A stretch of DNA of 24,000 nucleotides from Oceanobacter antarcticus. Lineage in GTDB: Bacteria > Pseudomonadota > Gammaproteobacteria > Pseudomonadales > Oceanobacteraceae. The DNA lies in NCBI RefSeq assembly GCF_044962685.1, contig NZ_JBBKTX010000028.1, positions 32,225 through 56,224 on the forward strand. Reading direction: 5' to 3'. The notes under the pieces were generated by a model. It saw only the letters and a program-made list of their open reading frames with translations. It was not told where the DNA came from and did no database searches. Positions 1-7,616 of this stretch are shown here, one piece after another; position 1 is the first letter of the stretch, and every line of letters starts with the position of its first letter. Position numbers and translations under genes: made by a program.

Positions 1-994
1 GCAGGCGTGAGCCTAACTGTTGCTGTTGCTGTTTGGCGCTGAGGTAATCCCGCTGATCGGCCAGAAACCGGCTTTTGACCGCGGTGTATGTTAATACCTG
101 ATGTTCCAGCCACTGATCGATATAACGACTCGCAGACACTCGTCCACGATTCAGCCGCTCAATCGTAGCGGCGAGGGATTTTGATTCTGCTTCCATGGCG
201 TGAATGGTTTTCATCAAGTCCGACACGGATCGAATCGCATCGCCGAGATCACGGGCTTCCAGAATTTCGTTGGCAACAAAGCCATTGATGCTCTTGACCG
301 GTTTATAAGCCATAAAGCGCGAGAATGTGCGCGCAGCATTGATAGCCTCGCGCTCGCCAACAGCATCAAAGCGGCCACGCAACGCCCCGTACAAACGCCG
401 CAGATACTGTTTTTTTGTGTCGTATTGTTCGATGTTTAGCGTCGTGGCACTGTCCTTGCCACCGGTAAGGCGATTCCCCAGCCACTGTTTGAGACGGTTT
501 AAGGGCACAACCAGCCGATTGCCATCGAGATCGTCTTGCAGAAAGTCAGACAGCGTCAGCTGCTCACCGGCAACGATGTAAAACTGGATGTCATTCTGAC
601 GCGCTATCGGTTGACTGCCCGCTTTGTCGAGGGATGCCGACACGCCAACTACTGCCGTAAAGGCTTCGCCCGGCTCATTGCCGGTCGGATGAAATACTGC
701 TGCCAGATACCCCACCGCCCCATCAGGCCTGGCATAGCTGCCGTCATCACAGCCCAACACATAACTGGCCAAGGTGCGGACGTTTTTACCCCGGCCACGC
801 TGGGTGGCTTCATCCTGACCGGGATTGTAGTTAAACAGCGTATCGTGGGCAGCAGTCATAATCGTCTGGATCGCATCCGCAGCCGTGGTTTTACCGGAAC
901 CGTTACCACCAGAGAGCAGGTTAATCGGGCCAAATTCAAATTCCGTCGCGGGAATATTGCCCCAATTCACATAGATAAATTTTTTCAGAAACAT
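1..994 (-). CDS. jetC: SMC-family ATPase head (JetC/MksB-like); only the N-terminal ~331 codons are visible and the gene continues past the left edge
   Basis: Missing from the ORF track because it has no stop in the window. Hand translation of the minus strand from ATG 994-992 stays open to base 1: MFLKKFIYVNWGNIPATEFEFGPINLLSGGNGSGKTTAADAIQTIMTAAHDTLFNYNPGQDEATQRGRGKNVRTLASYVLGCDD... The Walker A motif (GGNGSGKTT) lies ~30 aa from the N-terminus, as in SMC/MukB/SbcC-type heads. The distal part is Q/E/L/R-rich, consistent with the start of a coiled coil. The ATG lies 2 nt after the stop of the upstream 289-aa gene. Confidence 0.75.
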   Translation of the reverse strand, partial: MFLKKFIYVNWGNIPATEFEFGPINLLSGGNGSGKTTAADAIQTIMTAAHDTLFNYNPGQDEATQRGRGKNVRTLASYVLGCDDGSYARPDGAVGYLAAVFHPTGNEPGEAFTAVVGVSASLDKAGSQPIARQNDIQFYIVAGEQLTLSDFLQDDLDGNRLVVPLNRLKQWLGNRLTGGKDSATTLNIEQYDTKKQYLRRLYGALRGRFDAVGEREAINAARTFSRFMAYKPVKSINGFVANEILEARDLGDAIRSVSDLMKTIHAMEAESKSLAATIERLNRGRVSASRYIDQWLEHQVLTYTAVKSRFLADQRDYLSAKQQQQQLGSRL

Positions 995-996
995 GG

Positions 997-1866
997 TTAT
1001 TCCTCGCTGCCCTGCCGGCTGACCTTCGGCTGGCTGGCGTCATGTCGGGCCAGGTGGTCGCCAGGTGCTGTTTCAATCTCAGCAAACAGACTCGGGCCAG
1101 ACCCTTGCTCTCTGTCGTCGGCTGTTGGTGTGTCTTGATTCGGGCAATTCGGGTTCTGGTCATCGACGGCAGCACCGGCAAGGTCTGGCGCAGGCTTCTC
1201 ACTGTCCAGCACCTCGTCACCGACCACCACGCCACCTAACACCTCATCACCTAATAAGGCAGACAGTACCTCATCGGAGACATAGCTCATGATCATCGGC
1301 CGAATACGTAACCAGGTATCGCCATCCGACAACTGCTCATCGCTGTTCAAATGCACCAGCCGCAGTTGGCGCAAGCGCCGGAACAGCGCCTTACGCTCGG
1401 TGAGATTGTCTGGCAGAGCCCGCTTCAGCAGGTTTTTCATGGCGATACCCAACGCCTCCAGCGGCACCATAACGCAACCTTGCTCATCCACGGCACCTTC
1501 TCTCAAGGCCTTGTCATATTGGGCGCGCAGTACCAGTGTCAAGGCAACTTCATGCTGATTCAGCCGCACTCGAAAAGCCTGGCTGTGTTCAAAGCCAACA
1601 TCCTCGGCCATACCCGGCACCACGGCACCAGGAGGAATCACCCGTAAAAAGCAGAAACGTCGGTCGTGCAATACCCGCATGCCAATCAACTGCAAGTAAT
1701 CCTGCACCAGCTCATCAACACGTAAATACCGGTCGTATAGCTGTTGTTCAATCTGGCTTTCGTCTCGGCAAATCACGCCGTAATCCAGTAGCCGCATCAA
1801 TACTTCAGAAAAGTCGCGCAGGCTGATACCGGCCTTTTCCAGCTGTTTTTCAATCAAAGTCAACAT
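997..1866 (-). CDS. jetB: JetB/MksE-like (DUF4194-type) condensin accessory subunit with an unusual ~90-aa acidic low-complexity C-terminal tail
   Basis: 289-aa ORF with an ATG start, 3 nt after the upstream stop and 2 nt before the SMC ATPase start. The first ~200 aa follow the MksE/JetB pattern from recall (LLDYGVI...; ...[23 protein letters not shown]...; [21 protein letters not shown]). Its position between a kleisin-sized gene and an SMC ATPase matches the MksF-MksE-MksB / JetA-JetB-JetC order. Confidence 0.6.
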   Translation of the reverse strand: MLTLIEKQLEKAGISLRDFSEVLMRLLDYGVICRDESQIEQQLYDRYLRVDELVQDYLQLIGMRVLHDRRFCFLRVIPPGAVVPGMAEDVGFEHSQAFRVRLNQHEVALTLVLRAQYDKALREGAVDEQGCVMVPLEALGIAMKNLLKRALPDNLTERKALFRRLRQLRLVHLNSDEQLSDGDTWLRIRPMIMSYVSDEVLSALLGDEVLGGVVVGDEVLDSEKPAPDLAGAAVDDQNPNCPNQDTPTADDREQGSGPSLFAEIETAPGDHLARHDASQPKVSRQGSEE

Positions 1867-1869
1867 GCG

Positions 1870-3384
1870 TTATTCCGTTGGCTGAGGCTGGTCTTTCGCC
1901 ACCAGCTCGAAGATAAAATGATCTTTACCGATAAAATAGTGATCGGCATCACCGGGAGGCAAGGCCGCTTCTTCGGGCCGCTCCTGGCTGACGACAAAGC
2001 GGAACTCACTGCTGCTATCGGCAACCGCGCTGTCAGCCGCACCCAGACTGATGGCATGGGCGACAGCGATAAAATCAGCGGCGTTGTGAATCGGTAATTC
2101 GCGAGTGGAAACCCGTTGGCCGGAGCCAAGGTGTGATTGCAAATACCGGCGCAGCGCTTGCTGATTCACCAGAAATGCCTGATCCAGCAGCTGCTGGATA
2201 TAACTTTTTTTACGCGCATCCATGTCTACCTCACCCCGGCCTGGATCCAGTATCGCAGCCATGCGCTGACGGCTGCGAGGGGGTGCCAACCGCACTTGGG
2301 CCGGATCAATAAAGCCGATGGTGGGCACCGCCATTTGTTCACCGGCCAGGGCCAACAGCGCATCTTGTCGAGCCTGCGGCAACTCGGCCAGTCGCTTGCA
2401 CACCGCCAGCACATCATTGTGCCGCTGCGATGCCAGATAGCTCATCTGCCGCATGATAATATCCGCCCGCTTGGTAAATCCCTGCAGCGCACGCCGTAAC
2501 GCCGGCAGCATGATTTCCGAGGCATTACCCAAACGCTGCTCAATGCCATCCAGAATCCACCACAGTAGCGACTGGCCGGGCTGCACCTGCTCCGGTAATA
2601 ACTCACGTAAACGTTTTTCGGTGGCGATCTTGAACTTGTCATCCTTGCGCCGGATGGTACGAATCAAACCCTCAATCCGGTCACGATGGCGCTCGACATT
2701 ATCCGCCGACAGCCGCACCGACAGATCCGGTTGAAAGCGGTTTTCCATAAAATCAAAAAAGGCATCACTGGCATGCTGAACCAGCAACTGGTCTTCCATT
2801 TCCCGCACCAGATCGCGCTTGCGTTCATCCAGTTCGGCAATTACATCGGTAAAATCACTGATAATACGTTCGGAATATTCAAAGGCATCCAGCAAATCAT
2901 ACACATCCCCGCGCTCAACAAAGCTTTCCAGCGCATTACGGGTGTTGCGGGTATTACGATGCCGGGTGCGCGCCGTAGCGCGGGATTCGTTCACAAAAGG
3001 CTCGGTAAACTCGCGGCCGTACCGGGTCAATGAAAACGTGCTGTGTAACGTCGCCTGATCCACCTGCTTGTCGATCCAGCCATGCTCCATTAACAGGCTG
3101 AGAATCCAGCCGGCCTGTTCCCGCGTGCCCCGGAACCCGGCTTGATCCTTGTCGGTTTCTTCACCCTCATCACCCAGATCATCGGTACTGGCAAGCTGGG
3201 GCTTGCGCACCAGCACTTCCTGAAACATCTCGACCAGCTGGTCACGCACCAGAGCATGGCCGTAATCCGCGTTGGCAGAGCTGTACGAGCGTTGATACAG
3301 CTCACTCAAACATGCGACCACCTGGGCGCGGTATTTGCCCGTCAAGGGGCGAAAAAAATGTTCTCGTTGCTGTAGAAAAAACAT
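1870..3384 (-). CDS. jetA: JetA/MksF-like kleisin-type subunit of the condensin-like operon
   Basis: 504-aa ORF with an ATG start and no obvious SD. It is the first gene of the tight three-gene operon. It is helical and charged, with no enzymatic motif I can see. The assignment rests mainly on size and on its position upstream of the DUF4194-like and SMC genes. Confidence 0.5.
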   Translation of the reverse strand: MFFLQQREHFFRPLTGKYRAQVVACLSELYQRSYSSANADYGHALVRDQLVEMFQEVLVRKPQLASTDDLGDEGEETDKDQAGFRGTREQAGWILSLLMEHGWIDKQVDQATLHSTFSLTRYGREFTEPFVNESRATARTRHRNTRNTRNALESFVERGDVYDLLDAFEYSERIISDFTDVIAELDERKRDLVREMEDQLLVQHASDAFFDFMENRFQPDLSVRLSADNVERHRDRIEGLIRTIRRKDDKFKIATEKRLRELLPEQVQPGQSLLWWILDGIEQRLGNASEIMLPALRRALQGFTKRADIIMRQMSYLASQRHNDVLAVCKRLAELPQARQDALLALAGEQMAVPTIGFIDPAQVRLAPPRSRQRMAAILDPGRGEVDMDARKKSYIQQLLDQAFLVNQQALRRYLQSHLGSGQRVSTRELPIHNAADFIAVAHAISLGAADSAVADSSSEFRFVVSQERPEEAALPPGDADHYFIGKDHFIFELVAKDQPQPTE

Positions 3385-3402
3385 GTGTTAGCGGGATCCA
3401 TA

Positions 3403-3432
3403 CCAAAAACAGACGTCAAGTATAGCCTGACG
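3403..3432 (-). terminator. Putative rho-independent terminator after the MTHFR-like gene
   Basis: Minus-strand RNA: CGUCAGG-cuaua-CUUGACG, a 7-bp stem including one G-U pair (plus-strand 3414-3420 / 3426-3432), followed by UCUGUUUUUGG (plus-strand 3403-3413). It sits only ~20 nt upstream of the jetA ATG, and its loop contains a TATACT hexamer, so the terminator-versus-promoter reading is ambiguous. Confidence 0.4.
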
Positions 3433-3468
3433 CCCGAGGGTTAAACGGCCAAATCAAAAATAGCGGAA

Positions 3469-4449
3469 TCAGAAACTGCGCGATACGCGGTTCAGCAATT
3501 CAATGGCGGCCTCGACTTCCACCTTGCGCACGGCAACACTTTCAATGTTGCAGCCCACCGGCACGCCCAGAGTATCGGCAAAGGCTTTCAGTTCGCGCCA
3601 GTTAGCTTCGGAATAATTAACTGACTGTTCGAGAATATCGTGGGCATGCAGCAGTTCATTTTCCAGCCAGCGTGGAATGCTGATCCCGAGCCATTTCATA
3701 AAATTCAGCGTTTGTACGGAACCACAGGGAGTCAGTGTGAAGATCACTGGCACCAAATCAATACCCTGCTCACGACCAGCGTAATAATAATCGGACAGAA
3801 AATCTTTCGACGCCTGCAGATCGTAAACACCCTGGGAAATAAAAAACGAACAGCCCTGACGGATTTTTTCGAACACCCGCACATGTTCGTCGCCCTTGGC
3901 GCGATGGCGCTCCGGGATCGTCACTCCACCCATCAGCAACTCTGGCCGTACCTGTTGTTTAAGATCGTAAGCTTCGGACATGGTCATACTGACCGGCTGA
4001 TCTTTTGAGGCCGCTCCGACAAACACAGTCATATTGTTTGTGGCAGAGGCTTGCTTGAGGAAACCGCTTAGTTCCTCACGCGAGTATTTGCCTGCGGCGC
4101 GGTAAATGATTTTGGGCAGATCCAGAGCCGCCAGCTGGTGACGGCTATAATCAAAACAATCGAGGGTTTCGATAAATGGAAACGGGCGCCTTGCTGACGT
4201 CCGCGACGCCTCATCCTGAATGTCGTACAGTACTAACCCGTCTATTGGCAGCGACTGCAACCGTTGCATTTGCAGCTTGGCTATTTCCACAATCCGTTCT
4301 GGATCAGTGCCTTTTTTCGGTGGCACTATGCCGTACAGCACAATGCCGCTTTCCCTGTTGCGGATTTTTTCGGTAAGCATAATGACGATTCCAGAACCAG
4401 TGATCTCATAATCCACCGGCGCAGTCGGCAGATCAAACAAAGCCGACAT
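3469..4449 (-). CDS. Methylenetetrahydrofolate reductase (MetF/MTHFR) family protein, divergent member
   Basis: 326-aa ORF with an ATG start. It follows the TIM-barrel MTHFR pattern by recall of E. coli MetF: an early ...YGIVPPKKGT... segment (cf. FEFFPPRT) and ...CSFFISQGVYDLQASKDFLSDY... (cf. AITQFFFDVESYLRFRDR), followed by ...IDLVPVIFTLTP... The similarity is distant. Confidence 0.55.
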   Translation of the reverse strand: MSALFDLPTAPVDYEITGSGIVIMLTEKIRNRESGIVLYGIVPPKKGTDPERIVEIAKLQMQRLQSLPIDGLVLYDIQDEASRTSARRPFPFIETLDCFDYSRHQLAALDLPKIIYRAAGKYSREELSGFLKQASATNNMTVFVGAASKDQPVSMTMSEAYDLKQQVRPELLMGGVTIPERHRAKGDEHVRVFEKIRQGCSFFISQGVYDLQASKDFLSDYYYAGREQGIDLVPVIFTLTPCGSVQTLNFMKWLGISIPRWLENELLHAHDILEQSVNYSEANWRELKAFADTLGVPVGCNIESVAVRKVEVEAAIELLNRVSRSF

Positions 4450-4637
4450 ATTAACCCAGCTTGGCTTGAGGCGCTAAACCCCTGAATTGACAACTGATTT
4501 TGCAGATCCAGGGGAACCGGAGCAGCTCTCGGGTACTCCATGCAGAAGGATACATATAGACCGATCGTACTGGCCCGACAGGCGGCCTGAATGGTAGGGT
4601 AAACACCTCTGAACGACAGGAAGCCTATTCACTACCC

Positions 4638-5843
4638 ATGAACATACCCTCAACACGGCCAAACCCGCTGAACAAATTTTTAAAGATGGAATCCGCCGGT
4701 GGCATTCTGCTGATGTTTGCCGCATTGCTGGCCATTATTTTTGCCAACTCCCCACTGGAGCCCTTTTACAACCTGCTATTGGAAACGCCGGTAGAAGTCC
4801 GAATTGGTGCACTGCACATCGCCAAACCGCTGCTGCTGTGGATTAATGACGGCCTGATGGCCATCTTCTTCTTTATGGTTGGCCTGGAACTGAAGTACGA
4901 ATGGCTCGAAGGTGAACTGCAAGACAAGCGCAACGTGGTATTACCCGGCGTTGGTGCCTTGGGCGGCATGCTGGTGCCCGCACTGATTTACGTTTACTTC
5001 AACCACGCAAACGCCATTGATATTCAGGGCTGGGCCATCCCGGCCGCCACCGATATTGCGTTTGCCCTCGGTATCCTGGTGTTGCTTGGCTCCCGCGTCC
5101 CAGCCAGCATCAAAATATTTCTGACCTCGCTGGCCATTTTCGACGACATTGGCGCCATCGTCATTATTGCCGTGTTCTACACCGACAATATCTCCATGAC
5201 AGCGCTCAGTGTTATCGCCTTGTGCCTGCCGGTGCTGTTCCTGCTGAATCGATTTCAGGTTGAATCCAAAAGCGTTTACATGCTGTTGGGCGCCATTATG
5301 TGGGTATCGATGTTGAAGTCTGGCGTACACGCAACCTTGGCGGGCATTATTCTGGCGATGTTTGTGCCTATGCGACTGGATCGCCGTCCGGACTACTCAC
5401 CCGCCCACCAGCTGGAAAAAGACCTGCATCCGGTCGTGGCATTCTTTATTTTGCCAATCTTTGCCTTCGCCAACGCGGGACTGAACCTCACCGGAATCGG
5501 CATGGATCAGCTGCTGCACCCGGTGCCCGTCGGTATTGCGGCAGGCCTGTTCATCGGCAAACAGCTGGGTATTTTTGCGTTTTGCTGGCTCACCATCAAA
5601 GTCGGCTGGGCCAAATTGCCGACCGGTGTTTCCTGGCTAACGCTCTACGGCACCGCCACGCTATGCGGCGTCGGCTTTACCATGAGTCTGTTTATTGGTT
5701 CGCTGGCGTTTGAAGGCGGAGGCATCGACAACACCTTTGATGAACGGTTGGGTATTATTGTAGGTTCTTTGGCATCCGGCATTGTCGGCTTTCTGATCCT
5801 GAGGAAAAGCCTGGGCAAGCCTGCAGTAACAGCTAACAGCTAA
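4638..5843 (+). CDS. nhaA: Na+/H+ antiporter NhaA
   Basis: 401-aa polytopic membrane ORF. It is collinear with E. coli NhaA from recall: ESAGGILLMFAALLAIIFANS; LLWINDGLMAIFFFMVGLELK; GWAIPAATDIAFALGILVLLGSRVP; IFDDIGAIVIIAVFYT; LKSGVHATLAGIILAMFVP; PIFAFANAG. Confidence 0.95.
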   Translation: MNIPSTRPNPLNKFLKMESAGGILLMFAALLAIIFANSPLEPFYNLLLETPVEVRIGALHIAKPLLLWINDGLMAIFFFMVGLELKYEWLEGELQDKRNVVLPGVGALGGMLVPALIYVYFNHANAIDIQGWAIPAATDIAFALGILVLLGSRVPASIKIFLTSLAIFDDIGAIVIIAVFYTDNISMTALSVIALCLPVLFLLNRFQVESKSVYMLLGAIMWVSMLKSGVHATLAGIILAMFVPMRLDRRPDYSPAHQLEKDLHPVVAFFILPIFAFANAGLNLTGIGMDQLLHPVPVGIAAGLFIGKQLGIFAFCWLTIKVGWAKLPTGVSWLTLYGTATLCGVGFTMSLFIGSLAFEGGGIDNTFDERLGIIVGSLASGIVGFLILRKSLGKPAVTANS

Positions 5844-5865
5844 ACATCAGCATCAATGTTTAAAC

Positions 5866-5900
5866 CAAAAAAGCCCGGTCATCCTGACCGGGCTTTTTTT
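5866..5900. terminator. Bidirectional rho-independent terminator shared by the convergent nhaA and grxA genes
   Basis: GCCCGGTC (5873-5880) / GACCGGGC (5886-5893) form an 8-bp GC-rich stem with a 5-nt loop. It is flanked by an A-run (5866-5872) and T7 (5894-5900), so it reads as hairpin plus U-tract on both strands. Confidence 0.85.
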
Positions 5901-5952
5901 GAGGTGTTCCAGGGCACTGAAGGAACTCGATGGTTATAATGTAATCGCGTGA

Positions 5953-6189
5953 TTATCTGGCATTGATCAAAGCAGCAAATTCAGTGTAGCCGCCAACGTG
6001 CTCGGCGCCGATAAATATTTGCGGCACTGTATCAACTGGCTTGCCGACGGTTTTTTCCAGATCCGCCTTGCTGATGCCTTCCACATTGATATCAATGTAT
6101 TTGAAATCCAGTTCTTTGATTTCACACAGTTCTTTGGCACGACGACAGTAACCACAGCCTTCACGACCAAAAATAGTGACACGTTTCAT
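5953..6189 (-). CDS. grxA: Glutaredoxin (GrxA-like, CxxC redox protein)
   Basis: MKRVTIFGREGCGYCRRAKELC...KPVDTVPQIFIGAEHVGGYTEFAA aligns with E. coli Grx1 by recall (VIFGRSGCPYCVRAK...KPVETVPQIFIDQQHIGGYTDFAA). The track ORF begins at a TTG (6210). I prefer ATG 6189, which has GGAG 8-11 nt upstream. Confidence 0.9.
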   Translation of the reverse strand: MKRVTIFGREGCGYCRRAKELCEIKELDFKYIDINVEGISKADLEKTVGKPVDTVPQIFIGAEHVGGYTEFAALINAR

Positions 6190-6534
6190 AAGTATGTTCT
6201 CCAGCAGCAAAGGTAATGGCTGCCCAACTCAGTACCTGCATGAGTATAAAACAGGTACAAACCAGGGCCAGTCCGTAGTAGAAAGTATGCCCATAGTCTA
6301 AAGCGATAGAACACCCAGCGTTAAATCAAAATTTACTATAACAACCATAGCCATCCAGATAGTTGCCCAGATAGCCAATACACCCGACCAATCTGGCCAA
6401 TGAACCCGGTGATGTGAATCACTACAGGCGGCATCAACCCGGTTGCAATTCAAATATTAGTATATTCTAATACAGGAATATTAATTCTGCGGGGCTTCTG
6501 CCGCCGCCCCAAAAGTTAACAAAGGATGCCATCT

Positions 6535-7611
6535 ATGCTGACTTCACGTTTGATGCTGAGCCTTGGCCTGACTGCCCTGCTGGCCCTGCCTGCCGACGCT
6601 CTGGAAACCCGCACACTGCAAACCAGCCAGATTCCGGTGTTTTACGATCTCGAAGCCACGCTGGAAGCCGTTAACGAAAGTACCATATCGGCCCAAACCA
6701 GCGGTGCTATCCAGGCTGTCCATGTTGATATAAACGACCGCGTTAAAAAGGGCACCTTGCTGATCGAAATCGACAACACCCAGCAACAAGCACAATTGGC
6801 TCAGGCAGAAGCCCAGCTAGCCCAGGCAGAAGCTCAAAATGAAGACGCCCAGATTCTGCTCAAACGTAACCAGCGATTACTGAAACAAGGCACCATTTCC
6901 CAGGGCCTGTTCGATAGCGCCGAAGCCCAGGCCAAAAGCACCGCTGCGGCGGTGGCTGCAGCCAATGCCAACGTTCGCCAGGCCCGCACCCAGCTGTCCT
7001 ATACCCGCGTCATTGCGCCCTATTCTGGTATCGTCAAGGCACGCATGGTACAGGTCGGCGAACTGGTGAATCCGGGTCAACCAATGATGACAGGGCTGGC
7101 ATTACAGCCGTTACGTGCGGTGGCCGATTTGCCCCAGAGTATCGCCAGCCACTTTCAAGCCAGTCGTGATCAAGCCAGTCAGGCAGCAACCGCCATTCAG
7201 GTACTTGTCGGTGACCAGATGACCCCGATCAGTGCCGACAAAATCACACTTTATCCTTATGCCGATGCCCGTTATCACAGTGTCCGTCTGCGGGCCGAGT
7301 TACCGGCAGACGACAATCGTCATTTATACCCTGGCATGTGGGCACGGGTTCGCCTGCCCGCAGGTGCACGTGAAGGCATATTGATCCCCCAAAGCGCCAT
7401 CGTCAGGCACTCCGAAGTGACCTCGGTTTATATTCTGGACGGCAAACAGTTAAAAATGCGTCAGGTGCGCCTGGGTAACAGCCGCAACGGCGAAGCAGAA
7501 GTTCTGGCGGGCCTCGTGGCAGGTGACATCATCGCCATCGACGGCTACGCGGCACTGGCTGCCATTGCCCAACAGGCCGTAGCGGCTACCTCCAACCACG
7601 CTGGAGAATAA
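6535..7611 (+). CDS. RND efflux periplasmic adaptor (membrane fusion protein, HlyD/AcrA family)
   Basis: Signal peptide MLTSRLMLSLGLTALLALPADA. Lipoyl/barrel motifs are present (GAIQAVHVDINDRVKKGTLLIEID; YTRVIAPYSGIV), along with a coiled-coil hairpin (QQQAQLAQAEAQLAQAEAQ). It lies directly upstream of the RND permease with a 5-nt gap. ATG 6535 has AAGGA 8 nt upstream; the in-frame ATG 6526 is an alternative start. Confidence 0.9.
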   Translation: MLTSRLMLSLGLTALLALPADALETRTLQTSQIPVFYDLEATLEAVNESTISAQTSGAIQAVHVDINDRVKKGTLLIEIDNTQQQAQLAQAEAQLAQAEAQNEDAQILLKRNQRLLKQGTISQGLFDSAEAQAKSTAAAVAAANANVRQARTQLSYTRVIAPYSGIVKARMVQVGELVNPGQPMMTGLALQPLRAVADLPQSIASHFQASRDQASQAATAIQVLVGDQMTPISADKITLYPYADARYHSVRLRAELPADDNRHLYPGMWARVRLPAGAREGILIPQSAIVRHSEVTSVYILDGKQLKMRQVRLGNSRNGEAEVLAGLVAGDIIAIDGYAALAAIAQQAVAATSNHAGE

Positions 7612-7616
7612 ACGTC

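Noticed and set aside
4450-4637. TTGACA hexamer at 4488-4493 in the divergent MTHFR-like/nhaA intergenic region, considered as the nhaA promoter -35
   Set aside because: No acceptable -10 hexamer lies 16-18 nt downstream (the sequence there reads CCAGGG/CAGGGG), so I cannot support a promoter call.
6443-6490. AT-rich block upstream of the RND operon, considered as a Fur box (which would link the pump to siderophore export)
   Set aside because: My best hand alignment to GATAATGATAATCATTATC matched only about 9 of 19 positions. That is not better than expected for AT-rich DNA.
6799-6840. 21-nt imperfect tandem repeat GCTCAGGCAGAAGCCCAGCTA / GCCCAGGCAGAAGCTCAAAAT
   Set aside because: It lies in frame inside the adaptor gene and encodes the AQAEAQL heptad-like repeat of the coiled-coil hairpin. 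This is a protein-level feature, not a DNA element.
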